Below are positions 12,235 to 27,600 of a stretch of DNA of 64,000 nucleotides, piece by piece; position 1 is the stretch's first letter, and every line of letters begins with the position of its first letter. The translations under genes and the position numbers were made by a program. This DNA comes from the human T2T-CHM13v2.0 reference genome, Homo sapiens. The stretch is from the NCBI RefSeq assembly GCF_009914755.1, contig NC_060937.1. One strand, written 5' to 3'. Below the pieces are notes generated by a model. The model was not told the DNA's origin. It made no database searches and saw only the letters and a program-made list of their open reading frames with translations.

Positions 12235-15200
12235 CAAACAAGTTTCTGAGAATGCTTCTGTCTGGCTTTTATTGGAAGACGTTTCCTTTTCACCAAAGGC
12301 ATCAAAGCGCTCCAAATGTCCACTTCCAGATTCTTCCAAAAGAGTGTTTGAAACGTGCTCAAAGTAAGGGAATGTTCAACTCTGTGACTTGAATGCAGAT
12401 ATCACCAAGTAGTTTCTAATAGTGCTTCTGTCTAGATTTTAGATGATGATATTCCCGTTTCCAACGAAATCGTTAGAGCTATCCAAATATCCACTTACAG
12501 TTTCTACAAAAAGAGTGTTTCCAAACTGCTGCATCAAAAGAAAGGTTCAACTCTGTTAGTTGAGGACACACATCACAAAGAAGTTTGTGAGAATGCTTCT
12601 GTCTAGATTTTGTATGACCATATTCCCTTTTCCAGCGATATCATTAAAGCAATCTAAATATCCATTTGCAGAATCCACAAAAATAGAGTTTCAAAGCTGC
12701 TCTGTAAAAAGAAAGGTTCCACTCTGTTAGCTGAGTACACACATCACAAACTTGTTTCTGAGAATCCTTCTGTCTCGTTTTTATGGGAAGATATTTACTT
12801 TTTCACCGTAGGCATCAAAGCGCTCCAAATGTCCACATCCAGATACTCCAGAAAGAGTGTTTCAAACCTGCTCTATGAAAGGGAATCTTCAACTCTATGA
12901 GTTGAATGCAGACATCAGAAAGAAATTTCTGAGAATGCTGCTGTCTACCTTTTATTTGAACTCCCGCTTCCAACGAAATCCTCCAAGCTATCCAAATATC
13001 CACTTGCATTTTCCACAAAAAGAGTGCTTCAAAACTGCTCTATCAATAAATGTTCAACTCCTTTGGCTGGGTGCACACATCACAAACAAGTTTCTGAGAA
13101 TGCTTCTGTCTAGTTTTTATGGGAAGACATTCCCTTTTTCACCAAAGGCATCAAAGCGCTCCAAATGTCCACTTCCAGACACTACAAAAAGAGTGTTTCC
13201 AACGTGCTCTAAGAAAGCGAATGTTCAACTCTGTGACTTGAATGCAGATATCACAAAGTAGTTTCTGAGAGGGCTTCTGTCTAGATTTTAGATGATGATA
13301 TTCCCGTTTCCAACGAAATCATTAGAGCTATCCAAATATCCACTTACAGTTTCTACAAAAAGAGTGTTTCCAAACTGCTGCATCAAAAGAGAGGTTCCAC
13401 TCTGTTAGCTGAGTACACACATCACAAACTTGTTTCTGAGAATCCTTCTGTGTCGTTTTTATGGGAAGATATTTACTTTTTCACCGTAGGCATCAAAGCG
13501 CTCCAAATGTCCACATCCAGATACTCCAGAGTGTTTCAAACCTGCTCTATGAAAGGGAATCTTCAACTCTATGAGTTGAATGCAGACATCAGAAAGAAAT
13601 TTCTGAGAATGCTGCTGTCTACCTTTTATTTGAATTCCCGCTTCCAACGAAATCCTCCAAGCTATCCAAATATCCACTTGCAGATTCCACAAAAAGAGTG
13701 TTTCAAAACTGCTCTCTATCAATGGCAAAGTTCAACTCTGTTAGTTGAGGACACATATCACCAACAAGTTTCTGAGAATGCTTCTGTCTATTTTTTATGG
13801 GAAGATATTTCCTTTTTCACCGTAGGCGTCAAGGCGATCGAAATGTCCACTTCCACAAACTACAAAAAGAGTGTTTCAAACCTGCTCTATGAAAGGCCAT
13901 GTTCATCTCTATGAGTCGAATGGAAATATCCGAAAGAAATTTCTGGGAATGCTGCTGTCTAGTTTTTATACGAATTCCCGCTTCCAACGAAATCCTCAAA
14001 GCAATCCAAATATCCACTTGCAGAATCCACAAAAAGAGTGTTTCAAAACTGCTCTATCAATAGAAAGGTTCAACTCTTTTAGTTGAGTACACACATCACA
14101 AACAAGTTTCTGAGAATGCTTCTGTCTGGCTTTTATTGGAAGACGTTTCCTTTTCACCAAAGGCATCAAAGCGCTCCAAATGTCCACTTCCAGATTCTTC
14201 CAAAAGAGTGTTTGAAACGTGCTCAAAGTAAGGGAATGTTCAACTCTGTGACTTGAATGCAGATATCACCAAGTAGTTTCTAATAGTGCTTCTGTCTAGA
14301 TTTTAGATGATGATATTCCCGTTTCCAACGAAATCGTTAGAGCTATCCAAATATCCACTTACAGTTTCTACAAAAAGAGTGTTTCCAAACTGCTGCATCA
14401 AAAGAAAGGTTCAACTCTGTTAGTTGAGGACACACATCACAAAGAAGTTTGTGAGAATGCTTCTGTCTAGATTTTGTATGACCATATTCCCTTTTCCAGC
14501 GATATCATTAAAGCAATCTAAATATCCATTTGCAGAATCCACAAAAATAGAGTTTCAAAGCTGCTCTGTAAAAAGAAAGGTTCCACTCTGTTAGCTGAGT
14601 ACACACATCACAAACTTGTTTCTGAGAATCCTTCTGTCTCGTTTTTATGGGAAGATATTTACTTTTTCACCGTAGGCATCAAAGCGCTCCAAATGTCCAC
14701 ATCCAGATACTCCAGAAAGAGTGTTTCAAACCTGCTCTATGAAAGGGAATCTTCAACTCTATGAGTTGAATGCAGACATCAGAAAGAAATTTCTGAGAAT
14801 GCTGCTGTCTACCTTTTATTTGAATTCCCGCTTCCAACGAAATCCTCCAAGCTATCCAAATATCCACCTGCATTTTCCACAAAAAGAGCGTTTCAAAACT
14901 GCTCTATCAATAGAAATGTTCAACTCCTTTGGCTGGGTACACACATCACAAACAAGTTTCTGAGAATGCTTCTGTCTAGTTTTTATGGGAAGACATTCCC
15001 TTTTTCACCAAAGGCATCAAAGCGCTCCAAATGTCCACTTCCAGACACTACAAAAAGAGTGTTTCCAACGTGCTCTAAGAAAGCGAATGTTCAACTCTGT
15101 GACTTGAATGCAGATATCACAAAGTAGTTTCTGAGAGGGCTTCTGTCTAGATTTTAGATGATGATATTCCCGTTTCCAACGAAATCATTAGAGCTATCCA

Positions 15201-18200
15201 AATATCCACTTACAGTTTCTACAAAAAGAGTGTTTCCAAACTGCTGCATCAAAAGAGAGGTTCCACTCTGTTAGCTGAGTACACACATCACAAACTTGTT
15301 TCTCAGAATCCTTCTGTCTCGTTTTTCTGGGAAGATATTTACTTTTTCACCGTAGGCATCAAAGCGCTCCAAATGTCCACATCCAGATACTCCAGAAAGA
15401 GTGTTTCAAACCTGCTCTATGAAAGGGAATCTTCAACTCTATGAGTTGAATGCAGACATCAGAAAGAAATTTCTGAGAATGCTGCTGTCTACCTTTTATT
15501 TGAATTCCCGCTTCCAACGAAATCCTCCAAGCTATCCAAATATCCACTTGCAGATTCCACAAAAAGAGTGTTTCAAAACTGCTCTCTATCAATGGCAAAG
15601 TTCAACTCTGTTAGTTGAGGACACATATCACCAACAAGTTTCTGAGAATGCTTCTGTCTATTTTTTATGGGAAGATATTTCCTTTTTCACCGTAGGCGTC
15701 AAGGCGATCGAAATGTCCACTTCCACAAACTACAAAAAGAGTGTTTCAAACCTGCTCTATGAAAGGCCATGTTCATCTCTATGAGTCGAATGGAAATATC
15801 CGAAAGAAATTTCTGGGAATGCTGCTGTCTAGTTTTTATACGAATTCCCGCTTCCAACGAAATCCTCAAAGCAATCCAAATATCCACTTGCAGAATCCAC
15901 AAAAAGAGTGTTTCAAAACTGCTCTATCAATAGAAAGGTTCAACTCTTTTAGTTGAGTACACACATCACAAACAAGTTTCTGAGAATGCTTCTGTCTGGC
16001 TTTTATTGGAAGACGTTTCCTTTTCACCAAAGGCATCATCAAAGCGCTCCAAATGTCCACTTCCAGATTCTTCCAAAAGAGTGTTTGAAACGTGCTCAAA
16101 GTAAGGGAATGTTCAACTCTGTGACTTGAATGCAGATATCACCAAGTAGTTTCTAATAGTGCTTCTGTCTAGATTTTAGATGATGATATTCCCGTTTCCA
16201 ACGAAATCGTTAGAGCTATCCAAATATCCACTTACAGTTTCTACAAAAAGAGTGTTTCCAAACTGCTGCATCAAAAGAAAGGTTCAACTCTGTTAGTTGA
16301 GGACACACATCACAAAGAAGTTTGTGAGAATGCTTCTGTCTAGATTTTGTATGACCATATTCCCTTTTCCAGCGATATCATTAAAGCAATCTAAATATCC
16401 ATTTGCAGAATCCACAAAAATAGAGTTTCAAAGCTGCTCTGTAAAAAGAAAGGTTCCACTCTGTTAGCTGAGTACACACATCACAAACTTGTTTCTGAGA
16501 ATCCTTCTGTCTCGTTTTTCTGGGAAGATATTTACTTTTTCACCGTAGGCATCAAAGCGCTCCAAATGTCCACATCCAGATACTCCAGAAAGAGTGTTTC
16601 AAACCTGCTCTATGAAAGGGAATCTTCAACTCTATGAGTTGAATGCAGACATCAGAAAGAAATTTCTGAGAATGCTGCTGTCTACCTTTTATTTGAACTC
16701 CCGCTTCCAACGAAATCCTCCAAGCTATCCAAATATCCACTTGCATTTTCCACAAAAAGAGTGCTTCAAAACTGCTCTATCAATAAATGTTCAACTCCTT
16801 TAGCTGGGTGCACACATCACAAACAAGTTTCTGAGAATGCTTCTGTCTAGTTTTTATGGGAAGACATTCCCTTTTTCACCAAAGGCATCAAAGCGCTCCA
16901 AATGTCCACTTCCAGACACTACAAAAAGAGTGTTTCCAACGTGCTCTAAGAAAGCGAATGTTCAACTCTGTGACTTGAATGCAGATATCACAAAGTAGTT
17001 TCTGAGAGGGCTTCTGTCTAGATTTTAGATGATGATATTCCCGTTTCCAACGAAATCATTAGAGCTATCCAAATATCCACTTACAGTTTCTACAAAAAGA
17101 GTGTTTCCAAACTGCTGCATCAAAAGAGAGGTTCCACTCTGTTAGCTGAGTACACACATCACAAACTTGTTTCTGAGAATCCTTCTGTGTCGTTTTTATG
17201 GGAAGATATTTACTTTTTCACCGTAGGCATCAAAGCGCTCCAAATGTCCACATCCAGATACTCCAGAAAGAGTGTTTCAAACCTGCTCTATGAAAGGGAA
17301 TCTTCAACTCTATGAGTTGAATGCAGACATCAGAAAGAAATTTCTGAGAATGCTGCTGTCTACCTTTTATTTGAATTCCCGCTTCCAACGAAATCCTCCA
17401 AGCTATCCAAATATCCACTTGCAGATTCCACAAAAAGAGTGTTTCAAAACTGCTCTCTATCAATGGCAAAGTTCAACTCTGTTAGTTGAGGACACATATC
17501 ACCAACAAGTTTCTGAGAATGCTTCTGTCTATTTTTTATGGGAAGATATTTCCTTTTTCACCGTAGGCGTCAAGGCGATCGAAATGTCCACTTCCACAAA
17601 CTACAAAAAGAGTGTTTCAAACCTGCTCTATGAAAGGCCATGTTCATCTCTATGAGTCGAATGGAAATATCCGAAAGAAATTTCTGGGAATGCTGCTGTC
17701 TAGTTTTTATACGAATTCCCGCTTCCAACGAAATCCTCAAAGCAATCCAAATATCCACTTGCAGAATCCACAAAAAGAGTGTTTCAAAACTGCTCTATCA
17801 ATAGAAAGGTTCAACTCTTTTAGTTGAGTACACACATCACAAACAAGTTTCTGAGAATGCTTCTGTCTGGCTTTTATTGGAAGACGTTTCCTTTTCACCA
17901 AAGGCATCAAAGCGCTCCAAATGTCCACTTCCAGATTCTTCCAAAAGAGTGTTTGAAACGTGCTCAAAGTAAGGGAATGTTCAACTCTGTGACTTGAATG
18001 CAGATATCACCAAGTAGTTTCTAATAGTGCTTCTGTCTAGATTTTAGATGATGATATTCCCGTTTCCAACGAAATCGTTAGAGCTATCCAAATATCCACT
18101 TACAGTTTCTACAAAAAGAGTGTTTCCAAACTGCTGCATCAAAAGAAAGGTTCAACTCTGTTAGTTGAGGACACACATCACAAAGAAGTTTGTGAGAATG

Positions 18201-21200
18201 CTTCTGTCTAGATTTTGTATGACCATATTCCCTTTTCCAGCGATATCATTAAAGCAATCTAAATATCCATTTGCAGAATCCACAAAAATAGAGTTTCAAA
18301 GCTGCTCTGTAAAAAGAAAGGTTCCACTCTGTTAGCTGAGTACACACATCACAAACTTGTTTCTGAGAATCCTTCTGTCTCGTTTTTCTGGGAAGATATT
18401 TACTTTTTCACCGTAGGCATCAAAGCGCTCCAAATGTCCACATCCAGATACTCCAGAAAGAGTGTTTCAAACCTGCTCTATGAAAGGGAATCTTCAACTC
18501 TATGAGTTGAATGCAGACATCAGAAAGAAATTTCTGAGAATGCTGCTGTCTACCTTTTATTTGAACTCCCGCTTCCAACGAAATCCTCCAAGCTATCCAA
18601 ATATCCACTTGCATTTTCCACAAAAAGAGTGCTTCAAAACTGCTCTATCAATAAATGTTCAACTCCTTTAGCTGGGTGCACACATCACAAACAAGTTTCT
18701 GAGAATGCTTCTGTCTAGTTTTTATGGGAAGACATTCCCTTTTTCACCAAAGGCATCAAAGCGCTCCAAATGTCCACTTCCAGACACTACAAAAAGAGTG
18801 TTTCCAACGTGCTCTAAGAAAGCGAATGTTCAACTCTGTGACTTGAATGCAGATATCACAAAGTAGTTTCTGAGAGGGCTTCTGTCTAGATTTTAGATGA
18901 TGATATTCCCGTTTCCAACGAAATCATTAGAGCTATCCAAATATCCACTTACAGTTTCTACAAAAAGAGTGTTTCCAAACTGCTGCATCAAAAGAGAGGT
19001 TCCACTCTGTTAGCTGAGTACACACATCACAAACTTGTTTCTGAGAATCCTTCTGTGTCGTTTTTATGGGAAGATATTTACTTTTTCACCGTAGGCATCA
19101 AAGCGCTCCAAATGTCCACATCCAGATACTCCAGAAAGAGTGTTTCAAACCTGCTCTATGAAAGGGAATCTTCAACTCTATGAGTTGAATGCAGACATCA
19201 GAAAGAAATTTCTGAGAATGCTGCTGTCTACCTTTTATTTGAATTCCCGCTTCCAACGAAATCCTCCAAGCTATCCAAATATCCACTTGCAGATTCCACA
19301 AAAAGAGTGTTTCAAAACTGCTCTCTATCAATGGCAAAGTTCAACTCTGTTAGTTGAGGACACATATCACCAACAAGTTTCTGAGAATGCTTCTGTCTAT
19401 TTTTTATGGGAAGATATTTCCTTTTTCACCGTAGGCGTCAAGGCGATCGAAATGTCCACTTCCACAAACTACAAAAAGAGTGTTTCAAACCTGCTCTATG
19501 AAAGGCCATGTTCATCTCTATGAGTCGAATGGAAATATCCGAAAGAAATTTCTGGGAATGCTGCTGTCTAGTTTTTATACGAATTCCCGCTTCCAACGAA
19601 ATCCTCAAAGCAATCCAAATATCCACTTGCAGAATCCACAAAAAGAGTGTTTCAAAACTGCTCTATCAATAGAAAGGTTCAACTCTTTTAGTTGAGTACA
19701 CACATCACAAACAAGTTTCTGAGAATGCTTCTGTCTGGCTTTTATTGGAAGACGTTTCCTTTTCACCAAAGGCATCAAAGCGCTCCAAATGTCCACTTCC
19801 AGATTCTTCCAAAAGAGTGTTTGAAACGTGCTCAAAGTAAGGGAATGTTCAACTCTGTGACTTGAATGCAGATATCACCAAGTAGTTTCTAATAGTGCTT
19901 CTGTCTAGATTTTAGATGATGATATTCCCGTTTCCAACGAAATCGTTAGAGCTATCCAAATATCCACTTACAGTTTCTACAAAAAGAGTGTTTCCAAACT
20001 GCTGCATCAAAAGAAAGGTTCAACTCTGTTAGTTGAGGACACACATCACAAAGAAGTTTGTGAGAATGCTTCTGTCTAGATTTTGTATGACCATATTCCC
20101 TTTTCCAGCGATATCATTAAAGCAATCTAAATATCCATTTGCAGAATCCACAAAAATAGAGTTTCAAAGCTGCTCTGTAAAAAGAAAGGTTCCACTCTGT
20201 TAGCTGAGTACACACATCACAAACTTGTTTCTGAGAATCCTTCTGTCTCGTTTTTATGGGAAGATATTTACTTTTTCACCGTAGGCATCAAAGCGCTCCA
20301 AATGTCCACATCCAGATACTCCAGAAAGAGTGTTTCAAACCTGCTCTATGAAAGGGAATCTTCAACTCTATGAGTTGAATGCAGACATCAGAAAGAAATT
20401 TCTGAGAATGCTGCTGTCTACCTTTTATTTGAATTCCCGCTTCCAACGAAATCCTCCAAGCTATCCAAATATCCACCTGCATTTTCCACAAAAAGAGCGT
20501 TTCAAAACTGCTCTATCAATAGAAATGTTCAACTCCTTTGGCTGGGTACACACATCACAAACAAGTTTCTGAGAATGCTTCTGTCTAGTTTTTATGGGAA
20601 GACATTCCCTTTTTCACCAAAGGCATCAAAGCGCTCCAAATGTCCACTTCCAGACACTACAAAAAGAGTGTTTCCAACGTGCTCTAAGAAAGCGAATGTT
20701 CAACTCTGTGACTTGAATGCAGATATCACAAAGTAGTTTCTGAGAGGGCTTCTGTCTAGATTTTAGATGATGATATTCCCGTTTCCAACGAAATCATTAG
20801 AGCTATCCAAATATCCACTTACAGTTTCTACAAAAAGAGTGTTTCCAAACTGCTGCATCAAAAGAGAGGTTCCACTCTGTTAGCTGAGTACACACATCAC
20901 AAACTTGTTTCTCAGAATCCTTCTGTCTCGTTTTTCTGGGAAGATATTTACTTTTTCACCGTAGGCATCAAAGCGCTCCAAATGTCCACATCCAGATACT
21001 CCAGAAAGAGTGTTTCAAACCTGCTCTATGAAAGGGAATCTTCAACTCTATGAGTTGAATGCAGACATCAGAAAGAAATTTCTGAGAATGCTGCTGTCTA
21101 CCTTTTATTTGAATTCCCGCTTCCAACGAAATCCTCCAAGCTATCCAAATATCCACTTGCAGATTCCACAAAAAGAGTGTTTCAAAACTGCTCTCTATCA

Positions 21201-23447
21201 ATGGCAAAGTTCAACTCTGTTAGTTGAGGACACATATCACCAACAAGTTTCTGAGAATGCTTCTGTCTATTTTTTATGGGAAGATATTTCCTTTTTCACC
21301 GTAGGCGTCAAGGCGATCGAAATGTCCACTTCCACAAACTACAAAAAGAGTGTTTCAAACCTGCTCTATGAAAGGCCATGTTCATCTCTATGAGTCGAAT
21401 GGAAATATCCGAAAGAAATTTCTGGGAATGCTGCTGTCTAGTTTTTATACGAATTCCCGCTTCCAACGAAATCCTCAAAGCAATCCAAATATCCACTTGC
21501 AGAATCCACAAAAAGAGTGTTTCAAAACTGCTCTATCAATAGAAAGGTTCAACTCTTTTAGTTGAGTACACACATCACAAACAAGTTTCTGAGAATGCTT
21601 CTGTCTGGCTTTTATTGGAAGACGTTTCCTTTTCACCAAAGGCATCAAAGCGCTCCAAATGTCCACTTCCAGATTCTTCCAAAAGAGTGTTTGAAACGTG
21701 CTCAAAGTAAGGGAATGTTCAACTCTGTGACTTGAATGCAGATATCACCAAGTAGTTTCTAATAGTGCTTCTGTCTAGATTTTAGATGATGATATTCCCG
21801 TTTCCAACGAAATCGTTAGAGCTATCCAAATATCCACTTACAGTTTCTACAAAAAGAGTGTTTCCAAACTGCTGCATCAAAAGAAAGGTTCAACTCTGTT
21901 AGTTGAGGACACACATCACAAAGAAGTTTGTGAGAATGCTTCTGTCTAGATTTTGTATGACCATATTCCCTTTTCCAGCGATATCATTAAAGCAATCTAA
22001 ATATCCATTTGCAGAATCCACAAAAATAGAGTTTCAAAGCTGCTCTGTAAAAAGAAAGGTTCCACTCTGTTAGCTGAGTACACACATCACAAACTTGTTT
22101 CTCAGAATCCTTCTGTCTCGTTTTTATGGGAAGATATTTACTTTTTCACCGTAGGCATCAAAGCGCTCCAAATGTCCACATCCAGATACTCCAGAAAGAG
22201 TGTTTCAAACCTGCTCTATGAAAGGGAATCTTCAACTCTATGAGTTGAATGCAGACATCAGAAAGAAATTTCTGAGAATGCTGCTGTCTACCTTTTATTT
22301 GAATTCCCGCTTCCAACGAAATCCTCCAAGCTATCCAAATATCCACCTGCATTTTCCACAAAAAGAGCGTTTCAAAACTGCTCTATCAATAGAAATGTTC
22401 AACTCCTTTGGCTGGGTACACACATCACAAACAAGTTTCTGAGAATGCTTCTGTCTAGTTTTTATGGGAAGACATTCCCTTTTTCACCAAAGGCATCAAA
22501 GCGCTCCAAATGTCCACTTCCAGACACTACAAAAAGAGTGTTTCCAACGTGCTCTAAGAAAGCGAATGTTCAACTCTGTGACTTGAATGCAGATATCACA
22601 AAGTAGTTTCTGAGAGGGCTTCTGTCTAGATTTTAGATGATGATATTCCCGTTTCCAACGAAATCATTAGAGCTATCCAAATATCCACTTACAGTTTCTA
22701 CAAAAAGAGTGTTTCCAAACTGCTGCATCAAAAGAGAGGTTCCACTCTGTTAGCTGAGTACACACATCACAAACTTGTTTCTCAGAATCCTTCTGTCTCG
22801 TTTTTCTGGGAAGATATTTACTTTTTCACCGTAGGCATCAAAGCGCTCCAAATGTCCACATCCAGATACTCCAGAAAGAGTGTTTCAAACCTGCTCTATG
22901 AAAGGGAATCTTCAACTCTATGAGTTGAATGCAGACATCAGAAAGAAATTTCTGAGAATGCTGCTGTCTACCTTTTATTTGAATTCCCGCTTCCAACGAA
23001 ATCCTCCAAGCTATCCAAATATCCACTTGCAGATTCCACAAAAAGAGTGTTTCAAAACTGCTCTCTATCAATGGCAAAGTTCAACTCTGTTAGTTGAGGA
23101 CACATATCACCAACAAGTTTCTGAGAATGCTTCTGTCTATTTTTTATGGGAAGATATTTCCTTTTTCACCGTAGGCGTCAAGGCGATCGAAATGTCCACT
23201 TCCACAAACTACAAAAAGAGTGTTTCAAACCTGCTCTATGAAAGGCCATGTTCATCTCTATGAGTCGAATGGAAATATCCGAAAGAAATTTCTGGGAATG
23301 CTGCTGTCTAGTTTTTATACGAATTCCCGCTTCCAACGAAATCCTCAAAGCAATCCAAATATCCACTTGCAGAATCCACAAAAAGAGTGTTTCAAAACTG
23401 CTCTATCAATAGAAAGGTTCAACTCTTTTAGTTGAGTACACACATCA
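12235..23447 (-). repeat. Six 11-mer HOR units (1864, 1870, 1871, 1868, 1870, 1870 bp)
   Basis: Unit starts 12235, 14099, 15969, 17840, 19708, 21578. Confidence 0.93.
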
Positions 23448-24637
23448 CAAACAAGTTTCTGAGAATGCTTCTGTCTGGCTTTTATTGGAAGACGTTTCCT
23501 TTTCACCAAAGGCATCAAAGCGCTCCAAATGTCCACTTCCAGATTCTTCCAAAAGAGTGTTTGAAACGTGCTCAAAGTAAGGGAATGTTCAACTCTGTGA
23601 CTTGAATGCAGATATCACCAAGTAGTTTCTAATAGTGCTTCTGTCTAGATTTTAGATGATGATATTCCCGTTTCCAACGAAATCGTTAGAGCTATCCAAA
23701 TATCCACTTACAGTTGCTACAAAAACAGTGTTTCCAAACTGCTGCATCAAAAGAAAGGTTCAACTCTGTTAGTTGAGGACACACGTCACAAAGAAGTTTG
23801 TGAGAATGCTTCTGTCTAGATTTTGTATGACGATATTCCCTTTTCCAACGATATCGTTAAAGCAATCTAAATATCCATTTGCAGAATCCACAAAAATAGA
23901 GTTTCAAAGCTGCTCTGTAAAAAGAAAGGTTCCACTCTGTTAGCTGAGTACACACATCACAAACTTGTTTCTCAGAATCCTTCTGTCTCGTTTTTCTGGG
24001 AAGATATTTACTTTTTCACCGTAGGCATCAAAGCGCTCCAAATGTCCACATCCAGATACTCCAGAAAGAGTGTTTCAAACCTGCTCTATGAAAGGGAATC
24101 TTCAACTCTATGAGTTGAATGCAGACATCAGAAAGAAATTTCTGAGAATGCTGCTGTCTACCTTTTATTTGAATTCCCGCTTCCAACGAAATCCTCCAAG
24201 CTATCCAAATATCCACTTGCAGATTCCACAAAAAGAGTGTTTCAAAACTGCTCTCTATCAATGGCAAAGTTCAACTCTGTTAGTTGAGGACACATATCAC
24301 CAACAAGTTTCTGAGAATGCTTCTGTCTATTTTTTATGGGAAGATATTTCCTTTTTCACCGTAGGCGTCAAGGCGATCGAAATGTCCACTTCCACAAACT
24401 ACAAAAAGAGTGTTTCAAACCTGCTCTATGAAAGGCCATGTTCATCTCTATGAGTCGAATGGAAATATCCGAAAGAAATTTCTGGGAATGCTGCTGTCTA
24501 GTTTTTATACGAATTCCCGCTTCCAACGAAATCCTCAAAGCAATCCAAATATCCACTTGCAGAATCCACAAAAAGAGTGTTTCAAAACTGCTCTATCAAT
24601 AGAAAGGTTCAACTCTTTTAGTTGAGTACACACATCA
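23448..24637 (-). repeat. Single 7-mer HOR unit
   Basis: 1190-bp spacing. Confidence 0.93.
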
Positions 24638-27600
24638 CAAACAAGTTTCTGAGAATGCTTCTGTCTGGCTTTTATTGGAAGACGTTTCCTTTTCACCAAA
24701 GGCATCAAAGCGCTCCAAATGTCCACTTCCAGATTCTTCCAAAAGAGTGTTTGAAACGTGCTCAAAGTAAGGGAATGTTCAACTCTGTGACTTGAATGCA
24801 GATATCACCAAGTAGTTTCTAATAGTGCTTCTGTCTAGATTTTAGATGATGATATTCCCGTTTCCAACGAAATCGTTAGAGCTATCCAAATATCCACTTA
24901 CAGTTTCTACAAAAAGAGTGTTTCCAAACTGCTGCATCAAAAGAAAGGTTCAACTCTGTTAGTTGAGGACACACATCACAAAGAAGTTTGTGAGAATGCT
25001 TCTGTCTAGATTTTGTATGACCATATTCCCTTTTCCAGCGATATCATTAAAGCAATCTAAATATCCATTTGCAGAATCCACAAAAATAGAGTTTCAAAGC
25101 TGCTCTGTAAAAAGAAAGGTTCCACTCTGTTAGCTGAGTACACACATCACAAACTTGTTTCTGAGAATCCTTCTGTCTCGTTTTTATGGGAAGATATTTA
25201 CTTTTTCACCGTAGGCATCAAAGCGCTCCAAATGTCCACATCCAGATACTCCAGAAAGAGTGTTTCAAACCTGCTCTATGAAAGGGAATCTTCAACTCTA
25301 TGAGTTGAATGCAGACATCAGAAAGAAATTTCTGAGAATGCTGCTGTCTACCTTTTATTTGAACTCCCGCTTCCAACGAAATCCTCCAAGCTATCCAAAT
25401 ATCCACTTGCATTTTCCACAAAAAGAGTGCTTCAAAACTGCTCTATCAATAAATGTTCAACTCCTTTAGCTGGGTGCACACATCACAAACAAGTTTCTGA
25501 GAATGCTTCTGTCTAGTTTTTATGGGAAGACATTCCCTTTTTCACCAAAGGCATCAAAGCGCTCCAAATGTCCACTTCCAGACACTACAAAAAGAGTGTT
25601 TCCAACGTGCTCTAAGAAAGCGAATGTTCAACTCTGTGACTTGAATGCAGATATCACAAAGTAGTTTCTGAGAGGGCTTCTGTCTAGATTTTAGATGATG
25701 ATATTCCCGTTTCCAACGAAATCATTAGAGCTATCCAAATATCCACTTACAGTTTCTACAAAAAGAGTGTTTCCAAACTGCTGCATCAAAAGAGAGGTTC
25801 CACTCTGTTAGCTGAGTACACACATCACAAACTTGTTTCTGAGAATCCTTCTGTGTCGTTTTTATGGGAAGATATTTACTTTTTCACCGTAGGCATCAAA
25901 GCGCTCCAAATGTCCACATCCAGATACTCCAGAAAGAGTGTTTCAAACCTGCTCTATGAAAGGGAATCTTCAACTCTATGAGTTGAATGCAGACATCAGA
26001 AAGAAATTTCTGAGAATGCTGCTGTCTACCTTTTATTTGAATTCCCGCTTCCAACGAAATCCTCCAAGCTATCCAAATATCCACTTGCAGATTCCACAAA
26101 AAGAGTGTTTCAAAACTGCTCTCTATCAATGGCAAAGTTCAACTCTGTTAGTTGAGGACACATATCACCAACAAGTTTCTGAGAATGCTTCTGTCTATTT
26201 TTTATGGGAAGATATTTCCTTTTTCACCGTAGGCGTCAAGGCGATCGAAATGTCCACTTCCACAAACTACAAAAAGAGTGTTTCAAACCTGCTCTATGAA
26301 AGGCCATGTTCATCTCTATGAGTCGAATGGAAATATCCGAAAGAAATTTCTGGGAATGCTGCTGTCTAGTTTTTATACGAATTCCCGCTTCCAACGAAAT
26401 CCTCAAAGCAATCCAAATATCCACTTGCAGAATCCACAAAAAGAGTGTTTCAAAACTGCTCTATCAATAGAAAGGTTCAACTCTTTTAGTTGAGTACACA
26501 CATCACAAACAAGTTTCTGAGAATGCTTCTGTCTGGCTTTTATTGGAAGACGTTTCCTTTTCACCAAAGGCATCAAAGCGCTCCAAATGTCCACTTCCAG
26601 ATTCTTCCAAAAGAGTGTTTGAAACGTGCTCAAAGTAAGGGAATGTTCAACTCTGTGACTTGAATGCAGATATCACCAAGTAGTTTCTAATAGTGCTTCT
26701 GTCTAGATTTTAGATGATGATATTCCCGTTTCCAACGAAATCGTTAGAGCTATCCAAATATCCACTTACAGTTTCTACAAAAAGAGTGTTTCCAAACTGC
26801 TGCATCAAAAGAAAGGTTCAACTCTGTTAGTTGAGGACACACATCACAAAGAAGTTTGTGAGAATGCTTCTGTCTAGATTTTGTATGACCATATTCCCTT
26901 TTCCAGCGATATCATTAAAGCAATCTAAATATCCATTTGCAGAATCCACAAAAATAGAGTTTCAAAGCTGCTCTGTAAAAAGAAAGGTTCCACTCTGTTA
27001 GCTGAGTACACACATCACAAACTTGTTTCTCAGAATCCTTCTGTCTCGTTTTTATGGGAAGATATTTACTTTTTCACCGTAGGCATCAAAGCGCTCCAAA
27101 TGTCCACATCCAGATACTCCAGAAAGAGTGTTTCAAACCTGCTCTATGAAAGGGAATCTTCAACTCTATGAGTTGAATGCAGACATCAGAAAGAAATTTC
27201 TGAGAATGCTGCTGTCTACCTTTTATTTGAACTCCCGCTTCCAACGAAATCCTCCAAGCTATCCAAATATCCACCTGCATTTTCCACAAAAAGAGCGTTT
27301 CAAAACTGCTCTATCAATAGAAATGTTCAACTCCTTTGGCTGGGTACACACATCACAAACAAGTTTCTGAGAATGCTTCTGTCTAGTTTTTATGGGAAGA
27401 CATTCCCTTTTTCACCAAAGGCATCAAAGCGCTCCAAATGTCCACTTCCAGACACTACAAAAAGAGTGTTTCCAACGTGCTCTAAGAAAGCGAATGTTCA
27501 ACTCTGTGACTTGAATGCAGATATCACAAAGTAGTTTCTGAGAGGGCTTCTGTCTAGATTTTAGATGATGATATTCCCGTTTCCAACGAAATCATTAGAG

